NCBI GenBank assembly: GCA_002633005.1
Contig: NMRA01000179.1
Coordinates: 431,831 to 495,830 of the forward strand
Direction of reading: 5' to 3'
Source of the DNA: Phoronis australis
Taxonomy: Eukaryota; Animalia; Phoronida
DNA: 64,000 nucleotides
The position numbers were made by a program, and so were the translations under genes. Shown piece after piece: positions 50,346 through 64,000 of the stretch. Each line of letters begins with the position of its first letter. The stretch's first letter is position 1. The notes beneath the pieces are model-generated. The model did not search any database, was not told where the DNA came from, and was given only the letters and a program-made list of their open reading frames with translations.

Positions 50346-53210
50346 AATGTGCCTGATTTCAAAACTAAATCACGTACTTACTTATTTCCATAATAACGGC
50401 GAATAAAAGTCATTTATAATGCATACAAACATTTCCTGTTGAGTGACAATATCTGACGAGTGCAGTTTTCAAATGCATATTCTATGCTACTGTTACTGAG
50501 TGCCGAAGCGTGTCAGTTTGCGTTCTTTCCAGGAATTGTCATGAAAAAATGCATGGAAAACTATGCCTCGACATTATTGTTCTCAATGCAGAGTAAAGAA
50601 TCGTTATCAGATAAATACATGCAAGGTTGGTTACATTTAATTCAACCGACATCACAACAGTCGCGTTTCAGATTACACTCTTTCCAAGAATCGTCATGAA
50701 AAAATGCTTGAAAACCGTACTGTGCCTCGGAGTTGTTGTTCTCAATGCAGGGTAAAGAATCGTTATCCGATAAATACACATGTACGCAGACGTTCTCTTG
50801 TACTACACAATGTTGATTTCATTCAATTCAATGCTATTCCCAGAAATTGTTGTTCACAATGCTGGGTAAAGAATTGTTATCAGCTTTTGTGTTTTTGCTT
50901 TTTTGGCCCCGTTAATTATCCTCAGAAATTTCAGGCAATATTTCCAATTTCTATTTATTGTTATTACTGGACCATGGATGAGTTAATCCATAATACAAAC
51001 TATTTCACTGTCCAGCAGCTTCTATAATTTATACAATATCACAAAAATTATATTTCATGTTAAAATTTGACAATGATTTTGAGCGAAAACTGATGTGCCC
51101 GACTTTTAAACTATTTATCAGAGTAGGAATTGTATTAAACTACAATTTAGTAATATAACATAAGCAAGTAAACTTCAACGCATAGTACGATCCAAATCCG
51201 TGACATAGGGTATATGGCTTTTTGTCTGGTCTGACGTGCACTGCACTCTTAAGATAGGAAACTTGTTGGTTTTCTCATCGGAATGTGTGAACGAATGAGC
51301 TTATGAAAAACTTACGTTCATTGCACTGTAGTCATGTTATGAACAAAAGAATGAAAAGAGAAAACAAGAAATTGCGGTTTTAATATAGGTGTGCCGTCTA
51401 TATTCGTCTTTTAATCCGTTTTATTCATAAAACGTACTTAGTCGGCACGCATCTGTTTGCAAATTTTATAATGAACAGCGGTTTACTCCGTGGATGGACG
51501 GACACAGGTTATCGCTGACCGTTGTTTTAGTAGCTTTCGGTGCGACGATAGACTGAAGACTGGTTCGAGTTAATCACTTTATTAACTTCGGCCCCACCTA
51601 CTCTTGTCTAGTCAAACAAAATGTACTACGTAATGTCTATTCTATGCTTCAGCTAGTGCTGCAGAACCTTGGCCAGGGGCAGATCCAGAATTTTGAGTTG
51701 GGGGGCGGGGCAGAGTATTATCAAGGAATTTTCCCGTCAGACACTTACACCCCGAATTAGCAAATTTAATCTGGAAGATTTTTAGGGGGGCCATGGCCCC
51801 CTTGGCCCCCCTCTAGATCCGCCACTGGTGAGGAGGGGGAGGGAGAGGAGACACAACAATTCGTGGTGATCGGCACTAAACATTTTAACATCAGAAATAT
51901 TACATTCAAGTAAGTCAGGCAAACACATTTTAATTAATAATCCACTGGTGCCACCTGCCGCCCCGAAGTGTTATACCAGAGGTTTCCAGTTTAATCCCGT
52001 CCTGCAGCCATTTTATTACTGCTTATGAATTTCTGTAATTACATCAGACGTTTCATCTCTTATAATTGCTAAACGTAAATCGAAACATCAAAACGTTCTA
52101 GAAACCATTTGTAGTTAGTTAGTTGCAACAAGAGGGGGATTACGTATATCAAACTTGACAAATATATGTGGCGTTGGCGCAGTTGGATTTTGGAATTAAA
52201 TGGTGAATGACGTCAACATGAACTTGTGTCTTAAAACGCTACGAAATATTGCCACAAGTCAAACTTTAATAATTCTGCTAAAACTAATGATTGCTTAAAG
52301 GTATTTCAATAAACACAATATACATTCATTGACTGGCCGTAGTTTGGCGGGAAATGACGTGGTACGACGGTGATAACTGGTACGGAACCGGTAACTCTAC
52401 CCTACATTTGATGTACGACATGGCACTGACTGAATGCATCAACCAAACATATTAATTTTTGAAAATCCCCTAAAAAATTGACTTTTTCAAAACACCGTGT
52501 TGGCCATATTCGTGCAGAAAAGCGAAATGAACAAATCTGTACACGCTGCTCAAAGCACTTTTGTAAACATACGAAACGAAAACGTCGTTGTCTTAGAAAG
52601 CTGCATGTGCTTGGCAATTCTGACAAAGCACTCTCGTGCTGGAAGTTTTTTAAGATTGAGCACCGTTCCAAAAAATTGTAGGTCTCGTTACAGCTGACCA
52701 CAGAAGCATGATTCTGCGATTTTAGGACTGAAACTGAACCAAATCTGGCGTGGTGACCCATTGGAAGGTGCAGAACTCGGGGAGAAGGGGGGGGGGGGGG
52801 GNGGGGCAATACAAGCGTGATATTTTTATTTTGGATCCATAGTTGCCAGATATTATTCAGCGTCACTTACTACCTAAGGAGGCCACATCATGCGCTATAA
52901 ACATCACCAGACGCTTTGCTTCACAAAACGTGTACCTTGGTGTGTTTCCTTTCATTTTTTTCGACATAGCATTCGCTTTACCAAAGATTCACGCTCAAAT
53001 GCCGCGTTGAGACAAACACCTCTTCACCACGTATTCGCATCTTCCCGTTCAAAATTGTTTTATTTTATACAATTTGTCAATATGTTGTTGACAGAAAATA
53101 TTTGTTTTTGGAACAACGTCATCGACCAACTGATACATGTAACTAGAGCAGATTTTACCGTCAGCGATGCATGAAAACGGAATGCGCAAGGCTAGAATGG
53201 GTAGTAGCCT

Positions 53211-53496
53211 CAGTGGCGGATTTAGGGAGTTGCCAAGGGGACCATGCCCCCCCCACCCCCTAAAGTTCTACCAGATACCATTTGGAAGTTCGGGTGCGAA
53301 TTGCTGACTAGCACACGAATAAACACTGCATAGGCCTGAACAAACCCCGTATACCGTTTTTTTTTTTAGTCAACAGGTCCAAAAATTCGAGACTGCTGCA
53401 TCCCCATGTTTTAGGCTGGGCCGCGGGGGCGTTTACCAAAATTTTGGTTATTCCTGTGCCCTTCCCCCCTAACTCAAAATCCTGGATCCACCCCTG
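53211..53496. mobile_element. hAT-like MITE with 5-bp TSD AGCCT
   Basis: agcct|cagtggcggatttag ... ctggatccacccctg|agcct. Confidence 0.75.
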
Positions 53497-55354
53497 AGCC
53501 TCAATAATGGTCATTCCGTGTTTGATGTCACTGTCTAAGTTCGTGGAAGTCGTCACCATATGATTTCGAAGTTAGAGCCTTCCAAGTCCGTGGGATTAGG
53601 ACATATAGTTCCGTGTATTTCGCGTCTTTACTGCAAGGGTTAATACTGTGAAAACAAAATCTCCGGAGTAAGAGCTCTTCGGTGCAACAACTCATTCACT
53701 ATCCCATCATCATTGGCGCGTGATAGGAGACCCGTGAGGAATTTTAAAAACGCAAAAAGATGCAGTTCGGCGTAACACAAACAAAAAACAAGTGTGGACG
53801 AAGACTGTAAAAAATAGCTGCGTTTGCAAAATGACTACGGCGTTGTATTGACCGGGGAGCAGCCAGTCTACTGCAACTTGTTAATGTCATGAGCCAAAAG
53901 ATCAAATGTAAAGAAATCTTTAACGTTTTGTTATCCAAAACTTGTTGCATTGTCCATAATACAATGTTCAATATTACCGCATGCCTCCAACCTTCGAATT
54001 AGTGGTCGGTGAACACAACCGATGTGAACTCATGTAACGGAAAAGGTAAAACTAAGTTAATTTATTTGACCCTGTGCCGAGACGAATATCGGCGTCTGCA
54101 CGCAAAGCGGTATGATCCTGACAACTTATTACGCAACTGCTACTCTGGCCTAAAAATAGCAGCCGACTATCGGGTCGGCTGATGGCCGGTCGGCAATTAA
54201 GGTCGGCTGTAGAGTCGGCTGGTGGGTCGGCTTATGAGTCGGCACTGGGGCCGGCTGCCGGTCGGCTAAAAATTAGCCGACCGGTCGGCTAATTTGCCGA
54301 CCGTTCGACGGCCGGTCGTCGACTCCTAGCCGAACGGTCGGACAAAAATTCGTGATGTGTGCTGTACGTGGAACTTTACCCCTGGAATGGCAACTCCGAT
54401 CTCGCGGCCTCTGTGGTTACACCGCATATGCGTGAGAGATGTTTGCGTTTGTTTCTTCAGGTGTGTTTACTTATTGTGGAATATATTGCCATTAAAACTT
54501 TTTACAGCTCCGCCGTTTTTCAACCGAACTGCATGGGAGCCATATCATTAGAAAGCTCTTTGTCAGTTCTTGATTAATATACCAGAAGCAAATAATTGAT
54601 GCTGTAATTCACGAGTTATTATCATTTCGCATGAGTGGTTTATATACATTTTTAATTCTAAAAACCAAGAGTGTTTCCAAAATGCGAAAAGTAACATCGT
54701 GTTTCGATGATTCAATAGACTTTTACTCTACAAAGACAAATATTTTAGCATTAAAATATTGTACATATTCTGATACCCTTGCCACAGCCTTCGGAACCTT
54801 TCTAGAAAAACTTAATATAATGTTTTTTAATTCCTCTGGCAAGGTCGCAGTGACAAAATTAAGCGTTCTCAAGCTGTTCGTAATTATAACGAAGGGGGTA
54901 CTAGAATGATTAACACATTTTCATTCTGTAAGGCTTTAAACATTAAAATATTAACAAATTAAATAAACAGTCAGTCTAAGACGGCCCAATTGTTTCATTT
55001 GATTTTTCCTGAAATTAGAAATTTTGTCAAGTATGGAGTTGCATATCTCAAGATAAATTTTCCTAACAGTGATCATCACCTTTGGAAAGATTTTTTGAAT
55101 GTGTAATCTCTTGTGGAAATTGTTTGAAGATCCAAAATCAGATTTTCTTAACCAACCTGTATGGTTTAGCAGTGACGTGCAGGCCGTGGCAAAAAGTATG
55201 TTTTACAGGAATTGGTGCCATGGAGGCATTGATAGTCTTTATCATGGACTTTTTTTCCCCAGACGGTAATATTAACTATGGATCATATTGTGGATCTTTT
55301 AGGTCTCAAAACCAACTTTATGGCGTATAATAGTGTAATTTCAGTGATATTTAC

Positions 55355-56123
55355 AGTGGCAGATCTAGGATATCACAAGGGGGGCAACATTTTGTCTGTG
55401 AACATTTGCTCAAAGCACGATCGTAGATGCGCATAGCACCGAATGGGGGAAGGTTGGGAGGGGGGGGGGTTGCTCCCGCCCAGGAAATTTTTCTGTTTTT
55501 TCCTCTAACAATCAAGCATTTTTCTTGATTCCTGAAGTATTATCAAAGAAAAAAAACACGGAAAACGTTTCAAACTTGAAAAACTGCACTTACTTGAGAC
55601 TCGAACTCACGACCTGGCGTATACAGCGCGCTTGCTTTACCACTGCACCACCGCGATTTCACTCTTACGTTGAGTCTAAGAGACGTATTGTTTATGGTCC
55701 ACAGCGTTTGCGCGCGAAACCTACTTCTTTTTGTAATGCTTATTACACTTTTTATATTTTGTGCAAAAAGTTCGTAACAAATTTGTTGTATTTAAAATAG
55801 TCTTTAATTGTCCAAAAGACCAAATCCGTTTTTTGTGTTGGCATTAATGACGCGATTGCTTTGGAAATCATCTTAAGTTCAGGTTTGGCAAAGGAAGAAT
55901 TATGAGTTTCTGAGTGATTCACGAAGGCTTCGATTAAAATTCACATCTTACTAGCATCTTCTGTTTTTTCATCGTCACTCAGAATTCCATTTTCTTTAAA
56001 AAATGAAGAAATTTTCTTCATTGCACAGTGTAGCACACGACGGAAACGGAGTCGTAGTGCGCAGCACCACTGCCGGTCGCCTGGGNGGGGGGGGGGGGGC
56101 GGGCCCCCCTAAATCCGCCTATG
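55355..56123. mobile_element. hAT-like MITE, unrearranged relative of 16518-17618, with tRNA-like head on the minus strand (~55595-55650)
   Basis: cagtggcagatctagg ... cctaaatccgcctatg termini; internal homology to 16724-17618. Confidence 0.7.
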
Positions 56124-58578
56124 ATTTAAGTACCAACGGAAATGTAGTATTGATAGAGTTGTTAGTTTTTAACGGTTTTAATGTACTAAATGAAAGGTCG
56201 ACTTATTTGTACATGTACACAATTAAAATATAGTTCCGAAGTCCCCAAGTGGGGTCAAAATGGGCCAAGGAATTGAACTTTTAAAAATACAAATAATTTT
56301 TCCTGGGAAGATGTTCATTCCCTTCTTCAAAACACAAGCAACCCAAGAATTAGATGGCGTCAGGTCAGACTCTTGTTGAGAATTTTGACTACAAACTCTT
56401 TTTTAACAATAATTCAAGTTACGGATGACGGCTCTTGTTCCTTTTGTGGACAATCGAAAGAGACTTGGAAACACTTATTATGAGAACGTGAAGTAGTAAA
56501 TTCATTTTGGACAAAAGTTAATGATGAACTTTTAAACGAAGCAAATTCCCAGTTTGTCGGCACTCTCTGATGCAACATTATTTTTGGCTTTTTTGATAAA
56601 AAAGGAAAATTGTTTTTATTGGGTAAACCCAAAAGTTCGGATCAAATAGTTTACTTCTAAGTAGATTTTTTACATTTGTCAAACAATATTTCATGAGTAA
56701 ATGTATTAGTGCTCAGGATTTGTGCAAAAAAGATGGTGTAATTTTGAAAATGTTTCTCTTAGTTGTCAAGAAGATTACACTAGGTGTGGGATATGCGTGT
56801 GTGTGTGCGCAAGCCTTTGTTGTTGTTGTCTTTTTGTGTTATTGTAAATATGCTCATTGCTAATAAATGTATATAAAATTAGCATATAGATCCCTCACAC
56901 TTGATTTGCTTAATTTAGTTAGGCATTCATCTGAAATTATACATCTTTATATATAATAAATTAAATCTTTAGTGCCGTTTGATACAATTACATTTATTAA
57001 AAATTCAGAGTGCAATGGCATTTACGAAAAAATGCGACGAACTACTTCAAGTATCGATCCGGAATCTGCAGACAAAAGGTTTTCTGATAGAAAAAATTAA
57101 ACAGTGAAATTTCCGGGTTTGTTAAATAATTTTGCCGTTTTGGGCTATTGAATTCACGGCAGTAACGTGTAGTGTCATAAAGGACAATTTGGTGATATTA
57201 ACAATGTTGCCACTTGTCAAAACAAGGTGAATGGTGGTTTTAAGCACTAAACCTTTCCATTAGACAGTCCGTAATATGTTTCAACTCACCCGTCTCGAAT
57301 TAAATCAACACCCTAATTCCATGCTCTTTACCTACCATGCTACAATATCTATATCATAAATAATTCCAAACTCGTTCTGGTGCTATTATAGGTTTTTATG
57401 ATATTTGATGGTGTTTTACTTTTTACACGCTTCTAAAGGTTGCATTATTGTATTCCACCATCCAATACCAGACAAGTTGGACTACTGTGCCGTGGCTTGC
57501 TACCTGACATCACCGAGTTCCATAAACTTGATAAGTACCCGTGAATCGCTAAGACGCCCAGAATCAGTCAATTCCGAAATGAGACGATACAACACGTTTT
57601 CCTACCTCCCAAACAAAACAGAGTTCTGTGCGGACAATCACACTGACTACTGTGTGGATTATCATACAAGAACAACCTGATGTTTAGTTGCGAATTTTTC
57701 ATGAAATTTGATTTTGTGAATATTTGGAATAGCAAACAAGTTTCAAGGCATGTCGCAAACCAGTGTAAATGCATTGCAAAACAAGTCTATGGGCTGAGGT
57801 GACGAATTTTTTTCTGTGTATATTTCGGATTTTGCTAGCTCGTTACTGATTTTTATTGTCAAATATACAGTATAAAGGAGTTCAAGTGGGGACATTTTAC
57901 ATGTATGTGTCTAACAAGAAGTACAGAATCGTCGTCAATATAACAGCAGTAGGTTACAGACGCGTTTGCTTATAGTGGGTTCATTTCGACATGGAATTTA
58001 TGTTTCATTCTCAAGTCGGTAGGCTCCGTCAGTTAATTCTAGTATTGAGACAATCTTGATTTCCCGTCTTCTGCATGTTTCGTCGTAGCTCACTCTCATC
58101 TTTTTACCTAAATCCGAGACAACAGCCCCGACCCCTGCCGCTCTCAAGGTTCCGCGTCTGTCGCCTGCAAATAATTGGAGTTGTACACTCTTCTCGAGGC
58201 TAGGCTACGATCCTGGGCTTAAAACACCGTGAAATCGACACCAGTGGGGTGGAAACACTTAGGACACACAGCGAAATGCAAGTATACTAATAAACGACGT
58301 AAGTTATTTGAAACATCGCTCATGGAGTTATGGAGTGATAAATTAACCTTAACAAACTGGCTAAAGTACTTCATGTGACAAAGTCATCCATTTCCATTTC
58401 TCGTCTGCCCAGTTTTCTCCTGTCCAACAACATGCTTCATATGCGCAAAGATTTACACTTGTAGCACTGTCAATTTGAATACATACAGGTAATCGGAATG
58501 CCAGAACCAGTTTTGGGTGATACTGAGGGTGTCGACTGATACTTAGACGGAGGACAATAAAATACTGCGTCGGTTATT

Positions 58579-59249
58579 TCAGGCCACATATATCTTCTTG
58601 TTGATTTTCCTGTTAGGTGCTAGAAAGTACACAGGGGATGCTGAGGGATTTGGAAACTGTTTCACCAATTTCTTCCCAATTTCAATCTCTCTCTCTCCAG
58701 CCACTTCACAACGAATTGATTTGATTTGCAGTTGGGGTTCTTTCCTTCCAAGAGCCTTTTGGCCCGAAGTTCTCTCGTAATCATCGGAGGCAATAGACCA
58801 GTTGCAAGCGCGAAGGTGTTCTTTACCAGACATTGACGAAGGACGTGGCTGCTGTTTATCTTTGTGTAGAGCATTTTCGCCATCACGAGACCAGGCTTCC
58901 CTCTTCATAAGACTTTGCTTTTGTTGTCGCTTGGATGCAACTACTTTCGACCTTTGTCGTCGGCGTTGCGTTACTTTTCTACCGATTCGCCTGGTTCTAG
59001 AAGAATGTTGTTTATTGCCACGAGAGGTTTTGAGCTTATTAGACTTCAAATGACCGAGATTTCTTCTCATCAACCGCACACTGTTGCCAAGAGTGGTTAA
59101 ATCGAAACCTACGATTAATCCTAGAAGAGCTACCACTATAAACAACTGCGAACCGCCAATGGCGGTGGCGTAGGGCGCTTCTACTGGCAATCTCTTTGGT
59201 CTGGTAAAGACAGGTCGAACAACAGGGGGTCGTACACGTCTTGGTCTCC
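58579..59249 (-). CDS. Terminal exon of an upstream gene: Pro/Arg-rich stalk, one transmembrane helix, basic cytoplasmic tail
   Basis: tgtcttctag acceptor, phase 1; long open frame; EAPYATAIGGSQLFIVVALLGLIVGFDLTTL hydrophobic segment then K/R-rich tail; TGA at 58579. Confidence 0.8.
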
Positions 59250-59889
59250 CTAGAAGACAGACATGAAATTTAAATAGTTGACACATCTTCACTGTTCCTT
59301 TGGGTAAAAGTTCAATACAATAATGAAAAAGTATTCTCAACTTCTTAAATTTGGAATAAGAAAACGGCGACGTCTGTGTACCCAAGATTTACGCACGTCA
59401 ATACATTTTATGTGAATACCAAAAGAATGGTAATCAGAGTAAATTTAAAGAGTGAAAGAAAAGTAAACACACGTCTCGTCCTACCACTGATGAATAACAT
59501 CCGATTTTTATGTGAAGAAAATCGAGAATCTCGTCTAATTTATACTTTTTCATTTTCAGCAGTGATATTATCTTCATTGAATTTTAGAACAGGAAATCTG
59601 CAATAAGCATGCATTGGTTGAAGAAAATAAAATACACGAAGCATTCTCAAGAGCGTACCACACTACGCAGTCGCTAGATATCCGTGTACCTCATACCTAA
59701 CACAAGAGACTTCATTTTCATCCAGATGCAGAGGATAGCTATCTAAAATACCGATTTGAGTTTTTGCCCACTGAATCATAAAAGTCACAGTTTATTTGTT
59801 TGGGTCAAGTGAAACCTTTATTGACAAAATGCTATTTTAGTAAACACGGAGTGTGCTTGCAACAAAATATGTAAGGGTTTCAAATAAGT

Positions 59890-60580
59890 TTAAGGAAAAT
59901 GAATATTTTGGCTACCAAGGGAAACAATTCTTTTAATATATTTTGAAATACAAGTCATCAACTTAGGAAAACATATATTTTTAAGTAATTGATGATTACA
60001 GAGACCTATTGTGTGCAATTTGTATTCACGGAATTGTCTTTTTTTCTCAAAAATTGCAATTTTTCCAAGGTCGTTGCATGGTACATGCAAGAACCGGCTA
60101 CCATATACGTGATTAACTTCGCAAGAAACTTGAAAATTCTATCTCCATATCCTATTAGGTACACTGGGGTATCTAAAAAACCTGTCGTTAAAAATCATGA
60201 CGTCAATGATTTCTCTTTTCAATGAAATAACCGAGGTCATGAGTTTTATAAACTGAGTTTTTGGTTTAAACATGCGTTACAAATTTATCCAGGACACCCG
60301 ATTGTACCTAATAAAAGAGAAATGAAATTTTCGAGTTTCGTGCAAAATTTGTGAGTATATGGCAGCCGGGACTTATCCCGGCGAACTTGGAAATCGCACT
60401 ATTTTTCCGTACAATCACATGACTACAAAAACCAAGGCATTATGTTCGTGTCTAAGTAGATTTCTGTGATCAGCAGACGGGTTTGACAAATAAAGTGATT
60501 CATGAGTTGATTAGTTATATTTTAAAAAGCATTAAACAAGTGTGACTATTAGTAGCGAATGTGTCCAATTACCTTATTGA
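59890..60580. mobile_element. Old palindromic MITE
   Basis: ccggctaccatatac..ttaggtaca (60090-60165) is inverted against tgtacctaa..gtatatggcagccgg (60303-60369); outer limits approximate. Confidence 0.55.
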
Positions 60581-62975
60581 TTTCATACAAATAGTTGTTG
60601 CTTTCTAATGAAAAATCCCGCAGGTGTATTTACGCGCACCCTGTCGATCAAATCCGATCCCTCCCACGTAAAGTTTTCCCACATTGCAAAGCCCCATTAT
60701 TTGTCAACCTACACAACCGCCGAGTGAACCCCTTGCTTACAGCATAGTTTAAAGTTCTGAAATATTTATCCGTTTCGTCTCGTGTAGGTCAGACTATGGA
60801 GTCTAACATGGCAAATATATGTATGTATCAGAATGCAAAATGAAGTTTGCGTATTATCCGACTGCACACAAGACTCGATTCCCTGTCCCAGCCGAAGTCC
60901 AGCTCAGTCCTGAAGCGACCAAAGCTCTGCTACTAAAATTTGTTGAACGAACGAGGGATCATCCGGACGGGAATACCCGCCATGGGTTAAACAAACATTC
61001 ATGGACAGACTGTAAAGCATACCCAATCTCGAATTTTTCGTCATACAACTCCTGTGGAACATTTCCGTGTAGTTGCATATTATATATTTCGTGAAAAACC
61101 GACTTTGTTTGTGACTCACTCGAGTATTGTCCTGTGTCCGGTTATATGAAACAGAATCAAATAGGTACTCAGCAATGCTCCTTAACCTTATACCGAATTT
61201 GTGAACATACAGCATTTTCATTGGCAGTTTTATTCTCGGTACAAAGTCTAGTTTTGGCTTAGATACTCATTGACAATAAAATCTTTATTTAATTCTCAAT
61301 ATTATGGAAAATCAAAAGTTATCTTTTCATAAAACGCCGCTTAGTGAAGAAAATTGTGTTTATCTAGGACAATATTTTCATCATTTTTGTTAGGTCTAAA
61401 AAAATCTGGAGTCTTGGTATTCATACAGAAGATCTTAACACCGATTAGAAAAATTGTCCCTAGTTTTGGAAAATCCGAGACAGAATTTTTTAGCGTTTTC
61501 ATTAAAGTTTCAATACTGACAGTTAATGAATACCGATGCAAGGACTTTTCTCTGTCAATATTCAGTATACTTTCAGAAAACGACTTTTTACCAAAAGGCA
61601 TTAACACGAGCCCATGATAATGGCACATTGTTTTGAAAGACATAAATTTGACTCGACTCAGGAAATAATACTTTTATGATTTGAGAGTTGTTAGTTTATT
61701 ATACGTGTATGTTTCAAGAAAAAAATATTAATTTTTAACAAGGTTTACAAGTAACGATAATTAAATCAAAACGGCTACAACCCCGCGTCCCGTTCAAGAA
61801 GGGAACTTTATTTCGGGCACTCGTCGCTAAGCAATTGGTATCTGAACTTTTCCGTACTCAGGTGAGAACTGATTTGTGGGTTTGCAAAGAGCTAAAAGGT
61901 CTTTTTTCTGACAGTGCTTGGCACATGAAATACCTGCCACAAACCTGTAAAAGCATCGTTTCAAGCTCAAACAAAGTGTCAGCATGTCGAAGCCCCGAAC
62001 GCACTTCCAATTTGAGACCATTTTGATAAAGGCTGATGGTTTAGGACAATAGCAGGTTTGTGCGATTGTACGCGGCTTTATAGATGCTTTGAAGTCAACG
62101 TCTTAAACTTACGAATGCAGAAGTAGTCCCACCACATAAATTCTCTCTCAGGGTCAGCGATTGCACAGCCATATATCACCCTCAGGTGGAGCACGACGGT
62201 TTCGTTAATGGAGCACTTTAGATGTGAGACGTGGGAGCCATTTACAACATTCGTCGTAATTTCAACTTCTGCGCTTCTCTGTATGGTGTTTGCCACAGGA
62301 GTAACTTAAATGTACAGACAATTAAAACGTTGGTTTTCACATGCGTGTTACGTAGGCCTACAGCCCCACTGATTATACCAGGCAAGACTATTCATAATGT
62401 AAACTGTTGTGGGCATGAAAATCTGCAGTCCACTTTGTGCTTCAACACGTGTTAACTGTAGGCTACAAGTCAAAATCAAGATGGCTTGGCATCACTCAGT
62501 TAACACTATTTGTTGTAATTGATTCACTTACTCGGCCTACGACGGGGATGCGTCCCGTAGACTTCTGATCCAAAATAGTATGAACCCTAGAGTAGACTGG
62601 AAGAAGCAAGATAGCGCAAGAACACACAGAATCCTCTGTTAGAATGTTCGGGAATTCAATAACATACCCTGGCAATAAGACCGCTATTGAAGCGATGGGT
62701 CTGTGAGGTTGGAATGCTGAAGCATTGAATAACATTTATTGTTACCGTTCCATAAGTGAAGATTTCTCGACGCAAGTGAATCGCAAGTGTTTTGCGTCAC
62801 CTGAAAGGACCCGAGGTCTACCGATTACTGATAGGTTTGCAAGACGAAAGTCATCCTTAGGAAGCAATCCAATCTTACTGTGTGTGACCAGATATACTTC
62901 ACCGGGAGAGTGAGCGAATTGTAGCCATTGAGTAGGAATTTACTGTAACTTGACGAGGATTAAAATACAACTTAC

Positions 62976-63032
62976 TTCTTTTTGTGCAGGGTTCATATGT
63001 TGGTTCATATGGTGGTAATTCCTTTGGCCGTC
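62976..63032 (-). CDS. 57-bp exon (GRPKELPPYEPTYEPCTKR) upstream of the transmembrane exon
   Basis: gttctacag acceptor, GTAAGT donor, phase 1-1, joins in frame to 59249. Confidence 0.7.
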
Positions 63033-63163
63033 CTGTAGAACGAAGGGTGAATGAGTAGAACTACAAAACTGGCAAGTAGAATGCTTGCGTAAAATTTATC
63101 TTAGGCCCAGAGGTTGAATCCGGAAGACCAAAGGAAAATTATATTGTGAATAGAACAGGAAAA

Positions 63164-63373
63164 CAGGATCAAATAAAGGTTATGTTGGACCTTATGAACA
63201 AGTCACAGGATCAAATCAAGGTTATGTTGGACCTTATGAACAAGTCACAGGATCAAATTAAGGTTATGTTGGACCTTATGAACAAGTCACAGGATCAAAT
63301 AAAGGTTATGTTGGACCTTATGAACAAGTCACAGGATCAAATAAAGGTTATGTTGGACCTTATGAACAAGTCA
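63164..63373. repeat. Minisatellite, 42 bp x 5
   Basis: caggatcaaat(a/c/t)aaggttatgttggaccttatgaacaagtca five times head to tail. Confidence 0.95.
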
Positions 63374-64000
63374 CTGCATTTATCCAAATATGTACAAAAC
63401 TGCAGGACTGAGTGAAAATTGATAATTATTTTCTGTATGCACAAAGTGTGTACAACAGGATATTTTACTTTAAACCAACCCATTTCCGCCAGTATTTTGG
63501 GTAGGGTGACCATGTCTAAAGTAAAATTCAGCACAAGAAGATAAAATCATAACAAAACGAGAAACATTTAAAAGTGTTACATTTTTAAAATATCAAATTG
63601 TTTTGCTTTTATGTAACGTTTGAGTTTTTCTTTAAGAACAAAAATGTCATATTTTTGATCACCCCTTTTGCAAAAGTCGAAATAGGAAAAAAGTCCTAGA
63701 AGCGTGCTGGAGATTACTAAATGAAGCGTAATACATGGAAATTTCGGGGGGAATTTGACCAGCCATTTCTGAGATAAAATGTTACAAGTTTAGTCACATT
63801 CCAACCATCTTACATAACCTTAAATTGCATGTACCTCTTCACAAAATACACTTGTCCATTATCAGTAACGCTGCTTGATTAGAACACGGTAACAAGGGCA
63901 ATATAAATTGGTGTCATCGGAATAGGGTTTTCGCCTCGAAAACGGAGCTTGACCAGTTACGGAGGCACCTCGCAACGATAAATAATTGCGGAACTAAGGT

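Larger units (their letters stand above)
45392..54364. mobile_element. ~9-kb candidate TIR element, TA flanked, with ggtcggc/gccgacc subterminal repeats
   Basis: ta|cagcacacatcacgaatttttgtccgacc vs ggtcggacaaaaattcgtgatgtgtgctg|ta (29-bp perfect inverted match) plus ~200 bp of repeats at each end; spans the N gap. Confidence 0.7.

Noticed and set aside
63146-63415. Repetitive ORF (QDQIKVMLDLMNKS)n or CRISPR-like array
   Set aside because: Head-to-tail 42-bp minisatellite with no spacers, intronic and antisense to the host gene; no cas genes and the DNA is eukaryotic.

Overview
This is AT-rich, intron-rich eukaryotic DNA, probably from a marine invertebrate, with an assembly gap at 47050-47939. 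The main host gene lies on the minus strand and can be assembled by hand from GT-AG exons with matching phases: signal peptide (42351-42414), TSP1-like module (37269-37445), PAN/apple domain (35179-35445), C-type lectin domain split over two exons (33537-33720 and 19716-19951), then a tandem array of eight calcium-binding EGF exon copies (7849-13769), of which four are intact, one has lost a cysteine and three are broken. The 3' end of a second minus-strand gene (57-bp exon plus a transmembrane/tail exon) is at 58579-63032. The rest is mostly nested mobile DNA: the 3' half of a Gypsy element, an internally deleted Kolobok (THAP transposase stub plus a P2X7-ballast-like ORF), an 8.8-kb CAC...GTG element with a 5-bp TSD holding tandem repeats, a Copia fragment and an RNase H-bearing LINE, a 9-kb TA-flanked TIR pair, several MITEs, tRNA-derived SINE heads and Penelope, DIRS, pogo and THAP remnants. 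All calls are from reading the sequence; no database search was run.
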